DNA of 62,834 nucleotides from IMG/VR virus record IMGVR_UViG_3300036851_000151, positions 1 to 62,834 of that record. One strand, 5' to 3'. Below, in pieces: positions 26,999 to 36,642 of this stretch. Every line of letters starts with the position of its first letter. Positions within the stretch are counted from its first letter, which is position 1. The position numbers were made by a program, and so were the translations under genes. This stretch comes from a virus. Its lineage: Duplodnaviria > Caudoviricetes. The notes under the pieces were generated by a model. The model was not told the origin of the DNA. It searched no databases and was given only the letters and a program-made list of their open reading frames with translations.

Positions 26999-27001
26999 GC
27001 T

Positions 27002-27406
27002 TTATGCGATCTTCCATGCAGCGATCACGCGCACGCGATCGATAGGGATGAGGGCGAGGCTTTCATCGAGGCGCAGCGCCCAACGTCGTTCGGTACGGAT
27101 CGCGCAGGCTGCCGCATCAGCAATCACCACAACGGCGACATCGCCGGGCGCCGGATTGCATGTCAGGGGTGCGCCAGCGCGGCGCAGAGCGCGCCCGACG
27201 GCGCGGGGCAGCCCGCCATAGCCCGATAGCAACGCTTCTGCACCACGCGCGTCCTCGTAGCCGCCACGGCAGTACGCCATCGGGTCGATGCCGAGCCGCT
27301 CTTGAACCCACCCAGCCAGGAACAAGCAGCAGTCCGATTTGCCGAGCACGAATGGAATCGCGGCTTGCTGCTGGAGATATTCAGCTAACTCACGCGTGAC
27401 ACTCAT
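27002..27406 (-). CDS. NlpC/P60-like tail-associated protein (DUF6950 type)
   Basis: PF.LG.SDCCLF.AGWV...G.DPM...PGDVAVV. Confidence 0.8.
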   Translation of the reverse strand: MSVTRELAEYLQQQAAIPFVLGKSDCCLFLAGWVQERLGIDPMAYCRGGYEDARGAEALLSGYGGLPRAVGRALRRAGAPLTCNPAPGDVAVVVIADAAACAIRTERRWALRLDESLALIPIDRVRVIAAWKIA

Positions 27407-27454
27407 CGCGCACGATGCCGCGGGCGGTCCGCCTGCAGAAGAGCGCGATCGGTC

Positions 27455-27745
27455 CTATTGCCCCAACACGCACTCGACGTTCAGCACCTGCCCACCACCC
27501 GGAACCAAAGCATTGCGCTCCCGAGCCTTGTCGGCCAGTTCTGCCGCTCGCTCCTTGCACTGAGCCTCGGTAGCTTGTGGGGCGAAGTGATCGCCGTATG
27601 TCAGGTTGCGTCTCTGGAACATGACGTGGATACACCATTCGTTAGCGGCGCATTGGGAGACCTGCTGCGCTCCTGCGGCGACGGGAAAGACCATTATCGC
27701 AGCCGCTAGTAGAATTTTGATCATCGGTCGGAGAATCCTCGTCAT
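27455..27745 (-). CDS. Small predicted exported protein with 4 Cys
   Basis: MIKILLAAAIMVFPVAAGA-QQ signal-peptide pattern. Confidence 0.7.
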   Translation of the reverse strand: MTRILRPMIKILLAAAIMVFPVAAGAQQVSQCAANEWCIHVMFQRRNLTYGDHFAPQATEAQCKERAAELADKARERNALVPGGGQVLNVECVLGQ

Positions 27746-30700
27746 TGCAGCTCGCAGGAGAGCGTGTACTCAAAACTCAGGCTCGTCGCGCTGGTAGCCG
27801 GCGCGCCCTGATGCTGGAGCCTCGCCCAATTCTGATTTGCCACCACAGTGGACGGCGTTATCCCGCTGATCCAGCTGCCGGTGAAATGCGAGACTTTGTT
27901 GATCGCGCCGAGATGGTCGTAGGTTTTGAGCGTCGGCGAACACGGCATCCGAGGGACGATCGGCCAGTTGACGCTGAGATTGCCGGTCGGCCCCGAAGTA
28001 GTGACAGACGAGTTGGTGCCTCGCGCCGTACCGACCGCGGTGCCATCGGGGTAGCTCTTGCGGAACCGCTGCTGCGCCCTGGAAATACCTTCGAGCGGCG
28101 AATACCAGTCCAGTTCACCAATGGTGCTTCGGTTGGGAGCGAGCCCGCGGCTCTTGTAGTACAAGGGAGGATTGTCGCCCTTGACGAGGGCCGCATCACT
28201 GATCTCAAACGAGGCATCCGCAGTAGTCAGGAGCGGACTTGGGGTTGTGGTAAATGCTCCAGTTGGTGAGAATTTAGGCCCCTGGACGAAGCCAGCCAGC
28301 GAAGACGCCTGATAGTTGAGGCCAGCCGCAAGGGCGAACCCCACGCGCATCCCCGTCGTACCGAGGCCCGAGGGCCATGACCCGATGCTGAATGTCATCG
28401 GCGTCGACCCGGCCGACGTAGCGTTCGCCGTTAGCGTGATCTGTGTCGGTGAATCCACAGACAGGATGGTCGTACCAGTAGGCACACGACTCGATGCAAC
28501 GCTGTTTCCCGGCAACAGCCCCGTAGTCGAAGCCATCCCGGTAACAATAGGGCTACCTACAGACGTCGTGCCGCCTAAATTTATGAACGCGCTCATCTGG
28601 GCGCAGAACCCGATGCGCTTCGGCACGCCCGCAACGGTCGAGAAGTGCTGAGTATAGGACGCGCTCTGGACCCCGAACGTCTCACCACTGCTTATCCAGG
28701 TACCAAAGTTCCCCGTCACGCTCGTCTCAACCAATGCGGTCCAGCAGACATTGGAGACGCTGCCCGCTCCGATGGTGGGCTTGATATCGATGACGTTGGC
28801 CGCGTCCATCGGCTGATAGACGACCAGGTAGTCATCGTCGCTGGGCGTAACCACGGGCGTCGTCGTCACGACCTTCAGGCTGGCGTTAGTACCCCCCGCG
28901 ATACCAGAGCCACGAGAGGTGGTCGTGACAAGCGCGTCCGTCGTCTTCTGACCTACCACCCACCCGTCAAGCGTGTTCGTTACCGCGGCGGAATTGTTGG
29001 TCGAAGTCGTATAATCGCCTCCCTCATTCTTCTGATCAATCTGCATGTCTTGGTTGATCAGCTTGTTCGGTCCGGTGCGCCTGGTCATCGTGATATTGGA
29101 CCAGTTCTGGAAACTGGTCGTGCCCCAGATGCGCTTGATGTCCAGATCACCCCACTGACCCGGGTCCATCGTCCAGTCGGCCGCGTTGTCCTTGAACATG
29201 TAGATCAAGGCACAACAGCCCGACACCAGCTTACCGGTGATACCCTGCACGCTCCCGTTGGACCCATCGAGAAATTCGTGGAGACCGCGCGAGCCATCCA
29301 GATTGATGGTGTTATAGAGGTTCGGCCCCCAATTGATGACTTCGACCCAGTTGTTGCGTTCAGGTGGCGCGTAGCCGGGCTCGATCCTGATTATCGAGGC
29401 CTCGGTGTTGGAAAAGTTGGAGACCTGGATGCCTTGCCCAATGATATTGGCGTAAGGGATCAGGGGCACGCCCTGCCGGAAATAGAAGTTGCTGTAATAG
29501 GCCTCCTCGTAGGAGCCGCTATAGATCTGGAATGTACCAGTGGGGCCGAACATCAGGTTGAGGTACGCGTGGTACTCAGCGCCAAGGCATTTTACGCCTT
29601 CTAATTTGCCCTCGAAGCCGGCGTTGATCTCGACGCAGGAGACGCCCTCGCCAAATGTGAAATCCCAGCCCTTGCTGCCCCCACCGATATGGTCGTCGCC
29701 CGCGTCGTTAAACGCCGGGCTGACCTTGTGGTACAATTGCGCATTGGTGCTGTTCTGCCCGATCACGTTGTCAAGCCGCACGCCTGGCGAGTTGTAGACG
29801 TGCACCGGCTCGAACGTGTTCCTCGCGTGCATGTCACGGACCATCGGGTCACGGGCATACTCCGCAAAAATATGATTGCCGGCGCTGGCGGTGGCCAGCA
29901 TCGGGGTCATCAGGTTGATCGTGTTGCCGACGACCGAAGCGACCCCGAGCGATTGCGTAATCGTGCCGGAGTTCGATGAGGCGCCGAGATCGAATATTAG
30001 TTGGGCGGCCACAGTCGTGGGAGACAGCGCGGCCGTGCTGAGGGTAACTGAAGTGGCTGACGTAACGTCTGCGATCGTCGTGTTCGGTGGGATGGTGACC
30101 CCGTAGACCCGAGTGCCGATGGTCAGCCCCTTGGTGGCCACCAAGTCCGTTACGAGGGCGGAACCGGATGTCGTGGTTCCGGTCATCTCGAACATCGTCC
30201 CGTCGAGCTGAGCCCAGAGCTGGTTGTTGCCGGCTATGAACCCGGTTGGATCGTCGACGGTTAGTGACGTTGCTCCTGGTAGCGCATCCTCGGTCAGCCT
30301 CGTGCCGACCCCCGAGATCGACAGCCCGGCACCACCACCCCAGATGACGCCGAAATGAGCGCCCGTACCGGAACCAGTGGTCGACGCCTGGTCGACCGTC
30401 CCGATCGGGATGATGGAGCAGACGCCGCGTTCGGTGATCTTGGCGCCCATGATCGACGCCCCAAACTGGAGCGTGTCCCCCAACCCGACGCCGGTCGAGG
30501 TGACGGGCCGCGACAACTTGATCGTCATCGCCCCGCCGGTATTTCCACCGGCCGCGACGACGTAGGTACCGGCGCTTAGTGCGCCCGGCGACGTCGTGTC
30601 GATGACCCCCATCTTCGGGTAGATTATTCCACCCGGCGGGAACGACACCGTTAGTGTATCCGGTGTGGCGGAAGCCACGACCGTGGCTGCCGTCGTCGTG

Positions 30701-31539
30701 GCCGTGGCGGACGGCGAGACGCCCGTAATGGTGATCTGCGGGGGGGTGCTGCATACCCCCGCCTTGTGGGATCCCGCCCCGAGCGTCACCACGTCGCCAA
30801 CGGCATAGTCGGTGCCGCCCCAGACCATTACGATGTCCGCGAAGCCGGTCTTCTGCTGTAGCGATCGGACCGAGAAGTTCTCGAACAGCGGGCGACCGCG
30901 GCTGCGGTAGGCCAGCACGTGCCCGGTCGAGTTGGCATCGATGATCTCGGTGCCGGGCTCACTGGTATCAAACCCACCGCGGCCAGTCCCGCGCACCGCG
31001 TAGGGCTTGCGGAATACCACCTCGCCCGTCTTGTAGCATGAGCCGGATGGCAGCCGCAGGCCGACCCCGTCCATCCTGTCGAGCGCCAGTGCAGCGGCTC
31101 GCAACGGCGTCGTGTTGTCGGTTGGCGTGCCTGCTGTCAGGTAATCGCACTTGACGCCCCACTGGCCGGCATCCGCCTCGGTGCCGTAGAGTGCCTTGAA
31201 CGAATTGCCGCCGTCGGCATCCGTACAAAGCCCACCATCGTTGGCTAAACCGTTGAAGGCGCATGTGCCGAGCTGGCGCACAAAGCTCAAATCCCCCGCG
31301 CCCAGCCCAGCGGCGAAATCGGACCGAACGACACCATACGGGGCCGAGTCATAGGTCAGAGTTGCGAGTGCCGTGTTGTCGGCAACACGCAGCGCCACCT
31401 TCAAGCGCATTACGCCCAGCACGCGCTCGAAGAAATCCCCGCCGAACGTTGTCGGAGCCTGCTGAACAATATCAGCCGCGCCCGCGGCGGCGATCAGCCC
31501 CACCGTAAGAAGGAAAGCGCTAACCCACCGCCGCATCAT
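27742..31539 (-). CDS. Tailspike/depolymerase-like beta-helix protein with apparent signal peptide (1265 aa)
   Basis: QWGVKCD...DNT.PL.AA...LRLPSG.C pectate-lyase-3-like start; repeated beta domains; ATGA-coupled start at 31539. Confidence 0.75.
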   Translation of the reverse strand: MMRRWVSAFLLTVGLIAAAGAADIVQQAPTTFGGDFFERVLGVMRLKVALRVADNTALATLTYDSAPYGVVRSDFAAGLGAGDLSFVRQLGTCAFNGLANDGGLCTDADGGNSFKALYGTEADAGQWGVKCDYLTAGTPTDNTTPLRAAALALDRMDGVGLRLPSGSCYKTGEVVFRKPYAVRGTGRGGFDTSEPGTEIIDANSTGHVLAYRSRGRPLFENFSVRSLQQKTGFADIVMVWGGTDYAVGDVVTLGAGSHKAGVCSTPPQITITGVSPSATATTTAATVVASATPDTLTVSFPPGGIIYPKMGVIDTTSPGALSAGTYVVAAGGNTGGAMTIKLSRPVTSTGVGLGDTLQFGASIMGAKITERGVCSIIPIGTVDQASTTGSGTGAHFGVIWGGGAGLSISGVGTRLTEDALPGATSLTVDDPTGFIAGNNQLWAQLDGTMFEMTGTTTSGSALVTDLVATKGLTIGTRVYGVTIPPNTTIADVTSATSVTLSTAALSPTTVAAQLIFDLGASSNSGTITQSLGVASVVGNTINLMTPMLATASAGNHIFAEYARDPMVRDMHARNTFEPVHVYNSPGVRLDNVIGQNSTNAQLYHKVSPAFNDAGDDHIGGGSKGWDFTFGEGVSCVEINAGFEGKLEGVKCLGAEYHAYLNLMFGPTGTFQIYSGSYEEAYYSNFYFRQGVPLIPYANIIGQGIQVSNFSNTEASIIRIEPGYAPPERNNWVEVINWGPNLYNTINLDGSRGLHEFLDGSNGSVQGITGKLVSGCCALIYMFKDNAADWTMDPGQWGDLDIKRIWGTTSFQNWSNITMTRRTGPNKLINQDMQIDQKNEGGDYTTSTNNSAAVTNTLDGWVVGQKTTDALVTTTSRGSGIAGGTNASLKVVTTTPVVTPSDDDYLVVYQPMDAANVIDIKPTIGAGSVSNVCWTALVETSVTGNFGTWISSGETFGVQSASYTQHFSTVAGVPKRIGFCAQMSAFINLGGTTSVGSPIVTGMASTTGLLPGNSVASSRVPTGTTILSVDSPTQITLTANATSAGSTPMTFSIGSWPSGLGTTGMRVGFALAAGLNYQASSLAGFVQGPKFSPTGAFTTTPSPLLTTADASFEISDAALVKGDNPPLYYKSRGLAPNRSTIGELDWYSPLEGISRAQQRFRKSYPDGTAVGTARGTNSSVTTSGPTGNLSVNWPIVPRMPCSPTLKTYDHLGAINKVSHFTGSWISGITPSTVVANQNWARLQHQGAPATSATSLSFEYTLSCELQ

Positions 31540-33200
31540 GCCTGCACCCACGTCGAAAGAGATTCCACGAATTGAAAATCGAGCCGGCCGGTCTGCGGCA
31601 GCTCGTTGGTGATCCAATCAACCGCATCCCCAACCCCTGGCGTGATCGTTAGCGCATCGATCCGCTGCCGCGTTGCAATGCGCAGCATCCGTTTATCTGC
31701 CCCTTCGGGGAGCGCGACCGTCAGCGCCGCGATTGCCGCTGCCGGATTGATAATCAGAATGGCGTCGCTGGGGATAAGCGTGATGGTCGCGCCGGTTATC
31801 GGCGCTTCAAGCCGGTAAGCCGTCGACCTGGTATTGAAAGACACACGATTCGCGGCAATGACGATCACATCAGTGACGTGGGAATCACCGAAGAGATCGA
31901 CGAATGGCCGAAAATAAATCGACCCGGCCGGAGCTACAAAATCAGGCGCGATCTCGCCATCGTCCGTCAGCGCTATACGTGTGATGCGTTCCTGAATGCC
32001 ATCCGCCACCGTTAGCGCGATGTCCTCGACGGTCGTCGTACCGCCCGACACAACGCCGGTCTTGTCGTTTTGCATCCACCGGATGCCGAGTGTAACCGAG
32101 TCGTTCAGCGGGTCGACGGGATCGATTTGCCGCTGGACCTTCCAACGGATTTCATAGGCGTACCCCGCCTCAACGGCAAACGCAGGTACGGGCGCGACGG
32201 TTTGGGGATCTGCGGCAGTCGCAGCATCCACCCGGACTACACTGCCGGCGGCAGTGATGATCACCCAGCCGGGATCGATCAGTGTAGCGTCAGCCGGCGC
32301 GCCGGTCTTCGACGTACCATACAGCGCCACCGCGTCGCCGGGCCGCTCGGTCTGTGCTGCGGCGACCAGGGACGGTACCGGCGCAGCATCGGCGAGCGCC
32401 TGGTCTGCGTCCGCTTGCGCCGCCGCCGCGGCGGCGGATGCGATAGCTACCGCGGCCGTGGTATAGGCCGTGGTCGCGATCTGGGTGGTGTTCGTGCCAG
32501 GTGCCGCCGTGGGAGCGGCGGGAACGCCTGTCAGGGCCGGGGAGGCAAGCGGCGCCTTTAGTGCTAGGGCGCTCGCGGTCGCTGTCGAGACGACGTCAGC
32601 GGCGGCCTCGACAAAAGCCGTCGTCGCGACTTGAGTCGTGTCGGTTCCGGGCGCCGCCGTCGGAGCCGCAGGCACTCCCGTAAACGTCGGGTTGGCGAGC
32701 GGCGCTTTGAGGTTGAGCGCGGTTTGCGTCGCCGAGCTTACCGGCTTGTTCGCGTCTGACGTATTATCGGCGTTCGCGAGGCCGACCTGGGCTTTGGTAA
32801 CGCTGTGCGGATTGTCGTTTGCCGCCTCGTGCACCCCGAGCTCGGTTTCGAGCGCTGTGACATCCGCGGCAACGACGTTTGCGGCCGCCTGCGCGAATGC
32901 GGTCGTTGCGATCTGGGTAGTGACCGTCCCCGGAGCCGCTGTAGGCGCTGTCGGCGTGCCGGTAAGCGCGGGTGATGCCAGTGGTGCCTTGAGCGCGAGC
33001 GCGGTGGCGGTAAGGGTCGAGATTGGTTTATTGGCATCGGACGTATTGTCGGCATTCCCGAGGCCGACATCGGCCTTGTCAACGTCGTGCGGGTTATCGA
33101 GGTCGGCCAGATGCGCGGCGATGTTCGCGCGCGCCGTAGCGTCGAACGCACCGCCATAAATCTTAATCGTCTTGGTGCTGAGATCGAGTTGCCCGCTCAT
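31536..33200 (-). CDS. Tail fibre protein with internal repeats
   Basis: NPH.V.KA.VGL.NADNTSDANKP.S x2 and KAPLA.P..TG.P.APTAAPGT.TTQ.ATT x3. Confidence 0.8.
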   Translation of the reverse strand: MSGQLDLSTKTIKIYGGAFDATARANIAAHLADLDNPHDVDKADVGLGNADNTSDANKPISTLTATALALKAPLASPALTGTPTAPTAAPGTVTTQIATTAFAQAAANVVAADVTALETELGVHEAANDNPHSVTKAQVGLANADNTSDANKPVSSATQTALNLKAPLANPTFTGVPAAPTAAPGTDTTQVATTAFVEAAADVVSTATASALALKAPLASPALTGVPAAPTAAPGTNTTQIATTAYTTAAVAIASAAAAAAQADADQALADAAPVPSLVAAAQTERPGDAVALYGTSKTGAPADATLIDPGWVIITAAGSVVRVDAATAADPQTVAPVPAFAVEAGYAYEIRWKVQRQIDPVDPLNDSVTLGIRWMQNDKTGVVSGGTTTVEDIALTVADGIQERITRIALTDDGEIAPDFVAPAGSIYFRPFVDLFGDSHVTDVIVIAANRVSFNTRSTAYRLEAPITGATITLIPSDAILIINPAAAIAALTVALPEGADKRMLRIATRQRIDALTITPGVGDAVDWITNELPQTGRLDFQFVESLSTWVQA

Positions 33201-33529
33201 ACCGTGTAGCCCTCGATCACATTGATATCGGCGATCAACTCGGTATCACCCTCGACAGACAGATACAGCCGCGTCAGCCGGCCGATCGGCATCGCGTCGG
33301 CATCTGCGGCCAGCAGCGACAGCACGAGATGCCCGTTGACTGCGTCCGCGGCATCGACCGTCACAGCTTGCGATCCCCCCGCCCAGCGCATCATTGCAAG
33401 GCAATCGAGGCCCGTCAGATCGGTGACGATTTCTTCATCCGGATCGTCCCAAATGCGGACGTGCCACGACCACGCCTCGTTGCGGACGAGCGGGATCGCC
33501 TCGTCAATGAGGGGGGTTCCGTCGAACAT
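33197..33529 (-). CDS. BppU-N-like tail protein
   Basis: TDLTG...VDAADAVNG.LVLSL pattern; position before the fibre. Confidence 0.6.
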   Translation of the reverse strand: MFDGTPLIDEAIPLVRNEAWSWHVRIWDDPDEEIVTDLTGLDCLAMMRWAGGSQAVTVDAADAVNGHLVLSLLAADADAMPIGRLTRLYLSVEGDTELIADINVIEGYTV

Positions 33530-33643
33530 TAACCGTCACCGCGAGTGACGGAATGATCAGTCTGTGATAGGTTGAGGCGGGTCGAGACGGCGGTTCCAAC
33601 ACCATCCCGACCCTGACCACATGACCTCGGATAGGAGATCAAG

Positions 33644-34549
33644 ATGGCTACCATTACCCCTATTCCCCCTGAGAAGCGGTTTCAAGACCTGACCGGCCAG
33701 CGGTTCGGCCGGCTCGTAGTGCTCGGATGGGCCGGCCATTCAAAACCCAACGCCGCGTGGGTCTGCCGCTGCGATTGTGGTGGCGAAAAACTCGCGCTAA
33801 GCCACAACCTCAAAAGCCTTCGCACACGAAGCTGCGGATGCCTTAACCTCGAAAACCTATCTAACTCAGGCTCCGCCGATTTCTGCGCGCGGGATACGAA
33901 GATGCACCCGGAGCACAAAGTGTGGGGCCAGATGATCCGCCGATGCCACAACCCGACCGAGCGTCGATTTGCCGATTATGGCGGGAGGGGTATTTCTGTT
34001 TGTGACCGTTGGCGCTACGGCGAGAATGGGACACATGGCTTCATGTGCTTCATGACCGACATGGGGTCGCGCCCATCGCCTAAACACACAATCGATCGAG
34101 TGAACAACAATCTCGGATATTCCCCGGACAACTGCGAATGGCGAACACGGACGGAGCAGGTTCGCAATCGGCGAAACACCATAATGATTGTCTATCAGGA
34201 TCGCGAAATGTCTCTCGCAGAGGCGTGCGAGATAGCGGGAGTTCCTCTTCGCGTTGCCAGTTCACGGTTGCGGAATGGCATGGCTGCTGATCTTGTGTTG
34301 AGCCAACCAATAAAGAAGCAAAGGGGCCATACCCCTAACAGGACTGTGGTGTATTGCGGGGAAACGATGCTCTTGGCGGCGGCGTGCAAGCTGGCTGGCA
34401 TATCTCTTGGTGCAGTGCAAATGCGTATCCATAGGGGCATGTCCGCAGAGCTTGCTTTATCGCAACCGCCACGTCTCAGAAGCACGAAAGAATACAGGTC
34501 AAAAATCGGGCCAATTTATGGTCGCGTTAGTAAGCATCGGCACGAATGA
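33644..34549 (+). CDS. HNH-type homing endonuclease (antisense insert)
   Basis: DLTGQRFGRLVV, W.CRCDCG, YGGRGI.VCDRW, TIDR.NN..GY.PDNCEW; RBS AGGAG. Confidence 0.9.
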   Translation: MATITPIPPEKRFQDLTGQRFGRLVVLGWAGHSKPNAAWVCRCDCGGEKLALSHNLKSLRTRSCGCLNLENLSNSGSADFCARDTKMHPEHKVWGQMIRRCHNPTERRFADYGGRGISVCDRWRYGENGTHGFMCFMTDMGSRPSPKHTIDRVNNNLGYSPDNCEWRTRTEQVRNRRNTIMIVYQDREMSLAEACEIAGVPLRVASSRLRNGMAADLVLSQPIKKQRGHTPNRTVVYCGETMLLAAACKLAGISLGAVQMRIHRGMSAELALSQPPRLRSTKEYRSKIGPIYGRVSKHRHE

Positions 34550-35080
34550 ACAGAACAAATCGCCCGGATAGCGATGCTGTTGCTCTCGATCCGTGTAGCG
34601 CCCGGCCGGAGGGCGCGACCGACCAAAGAACGCGTTTTCGCTACCCAGCGTAATGATCCGGCGCGCGCCCTGACCCTCGGTTGCAGCCTCGCGCGTCACC
34701 CGCGGCTGCTGCATGAGTCCCATGTAAAGCGCGATCGGAGCACCGAGCGTCGACCAGTCGGCGTTGAACAGCTGCTCATAGACCACGACGTTGCGCCCCT
34801 GCACGATGTCAGCCGAGTCGAGCGCAATCGCGAGCAGGTCGACGGGCGAATCTGCGACGCCGCTCAGCGTGAATGTCACCCGCTGGGATTGCGCGTTGCG
34901 GACTTCCTCCAGCCCCTCGATCGTCCCGAGATCACCGCAGCCGATATAGGCCTTGCCGTCGAATGTGCGCGGCCCGAACCCGTTCCAGATGTATGTTGGC
35001 GCGCCGTCGAAATCGAAGTCGCAGAGCAGCGCCGCATAGACGATGCCAGCATCAAACGTGCCCGGCGGGAAGAACGGCAT
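34499..35080 (-). CDS. Minor tail protein (gpL-like)
   Basis: WNGFG...Y.GCGDLG.I...YTDREQQ.RYPGD.FC.FV. Confidence 0.8.
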   Translation of the reverse strand: MPFFPPGTFDAGIVYAALLCDFDFDGAPTYIWNGFGPRTFDGKAYIGCGDLGTIEGLEEVRNAQSQRVTFTLSGVADSPVDLLAIALDSADIVQGRNVVVYEQLFNADWSTLGAPIALYMGLMQQPRVTREAATEGQGARRIITLGSENAFFGRSRPPAGRYTDREQQHRYPGDLFCSFVPMLTNATINWPDF

Positions 35081-35229
35081 TATTGCTTCTCTACGTCCCC
35101 GACCACAAAGTAATGCCGATACCCACAATTCTCGTGGGTGCTGACGAGCGCTCGCCCATCATCGGTTCGCCGAACGATCCATTCGGATTCAGGCAGCAGC
35201 TTCAACCGTTTCGCTGTGTTGTCTTCCAT
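35080..35229 (-). CDS. Small hypothetical protein (49 aa)
   Basis: MEDNTAKRLKLLPESEW...VEKQ*; 1-nt overlaps at both ends. Confidence 0.5.
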   Translation of the reverse strand: MEDNTAKRLKLLPESEWIVRRTDDGRALVSTHENCGYRHYFVVGDVEKQ

Positions 35230-35816
35230 CAATTCGGATCCTCTAGAAAAGTCACATCAGCAACAGCCATTCCCCCGGGCGTGACGGTCAGCGCCATCGC
35301 GTCATCGCTCGCGAGCCGGCACTTGCAGATCGGCGTTCCGATCTCGACGGTTGTCGCGTCGGCATAGTCGGCTCGGAGCGGCGGCCGGATCGTGCAGGTG
35401 TAGTCGTCGGTCGAGACGCCGGTCACGTCAACGACGCGGTGCAAGCGCCCATCGCCGACAGCGAAATGGTAGCCATCCGCCATGATGTCGCCGACCCGCC
35501 GGATGACTGCTACCGTGTCACCTTGCGCGTGCGCGCCGACGAGCACGCCGTCGATCGTGCCCTGCTCTTCGCCAATCAGCGGCACGTAGATCGCCACCGC
35601 GCCGCCGTCCAGTCCCGCCTCGACGGCGCGCCAGGCGCGGACCTCCGTAATATCTTTGATCACGATGCGCCGGTACTGGATTCGCCACGCGCCGGCCGGC
35701 GACGCGATCCGCTGCGTAAAGCCGGAGGCCGCGACGGTCCCGGCAGTCGTGCGGGCGAGATATTGGCAACTAATCTCGCCCGGCCGCAGAACGAGGTGAG
35801 GCCAGAAATCGGTCAT
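35229..35816 (-). CDS. Distal tail (Dit-like) protein
   Basis: SGFTQ.I......W; IRPPLR; first structural gene after the tape measure. Confidence 0.75.
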   Translation of the reverse strand: MTDFWPHLVLRPGEISCQYLARTTAGTVAASGFTQRIASPAGAWRIQYRRIVIKDITEVRAWRAVEAGLDGGAVAIYVPLIGEEQGTIDGVLVGAHAQGDTVAVIRRVGDIMADGYHFAVGDGRLHRVVDVTGVSTDDYTCTIRPPLRADYADATTVEIGTPICKCRLASDDAMALTVTPGGMAVADVTFLEDPN

Positions 35817-35843
35817 TTAGGGCGACCCGGCATTCGACAAGCC

Positions 35844-36464
35844 TCAGTGCGTCGTCGGGGATTCCTCGGTGCCGGCCGCATTCCCCGGCCTGAGCGGCAG
35901 TTCTTCCTGCGCGAGAGCGTCGGAGCCGGTCAGGTCGATCTTGACGCCGATCGCCGCGTACAGATCAGGCGCCGCGAGCGCCGCCGGGCGGCGACCGGCC
36001 GATCGGCAGATGATCTCCAGCGAGCGCGAGATCGCGTTTATCTGCGCCGTGCGTGCCCGCATCGCGCTAAGCTCGGCTCGCTCCTGTTTCAGCTTCTCCC
36101 GCTGCGGGCCGCGCAGTCCGGCTTTGTACCCGCCCGTTCGCCGGATCGTCGGTATGACTTCGCCGGTAATCCAGCGGCGGAACCGATGCGGGACAGTTCC
36201 GGCCTTGACCGCGTCGCGCGACCGCAGAACCAGCGTCCAAAGGCCACTCTCGGAAACGAGCCAAACCTCCTGATGGCCGCCAAGGGTGTATGTTGAACAT
36301 ATACCCTTCTCGTCATCATCGAGGTTTTGGAGCGCTTGAGCAGTGTTCCGAATACCCAGATTTTTGCAGATATCGACGGCGACAAACCACGGCTCGGCAT
36401 CGCGCATGACGACCCGTACCAAGCCCTCGCCTTCGAATAGGAATGGGATCAGCGAATTTTCCAT
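35844..36464 (-). CDS. BRO-N antirepressor-like protein
   Basis: VRVV..D.EPWFVA.DIC..LG...ESGL..LVLRSR...FRRWITGEVIPTIRRTG.Y; RBS AGGAG. Confidence 0.92.
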   Translation of the reverse strand: MENSLIPFLFEGEGLVRVVMRDAEPWFVAVDICKNLGIRNTAQALQNLDDDEKGICSTYTLGGHQEVWLVSESGLWTLVLRSRDAVKAGTVPHRFRRWITGEVIPTIRRTGGYKAGLRGPQREKLKQERAELSAMRARTAQINAISRSLEIICRSAGRRPAALAAPDLYAAIGVKIDLTGSDALAQEELPLRPGNAAGTEESPTTH

Positions 36465-36473
36465 TTCAGTCTC

Positions 36474-36600
36474 CTGTGGAGGCCGGGCGCCAAGACCCGG
36501 CGCGGCGTTCGGGCAGTCGCCCATAAGACGACTCCCGGCCCCCACAGAAGTTCGGGGAAAACCGGCAGCCGCCGCTCTGTCCCGCTTGGCAGCGGGTAGT
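36474..36600 (-). ncRNA. Structured leader RNA upstream of the antirepressor (C4-like candidate)
   Basis: 14-bp stem 36474-36487/36534-36547 enclosing two hairpins; upstream hairpin 36581-36596 carries GCCAAG complementary to CTTGGC. Confidence 0.45.
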
Positions 36601-36642
36601 CGATTTGTGCTTTAGCCAGCGCGGCCGGCCCAACGGCAGCCG

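Noticed and set aside
27742-33200. Diversity-generating retroelement acting on fibre genes
   Set aside because: No reverse transcriptase ORF and no adenine-specific TR/VR pair; the fibre repeats diverge at synonymous positions.
36500-36560. Alphaproteobacterial LexA box upstream of the antirepressor
   Set aside because: The GTTC copies are about 40 bp apart, not GTTC-N7-GTTC.
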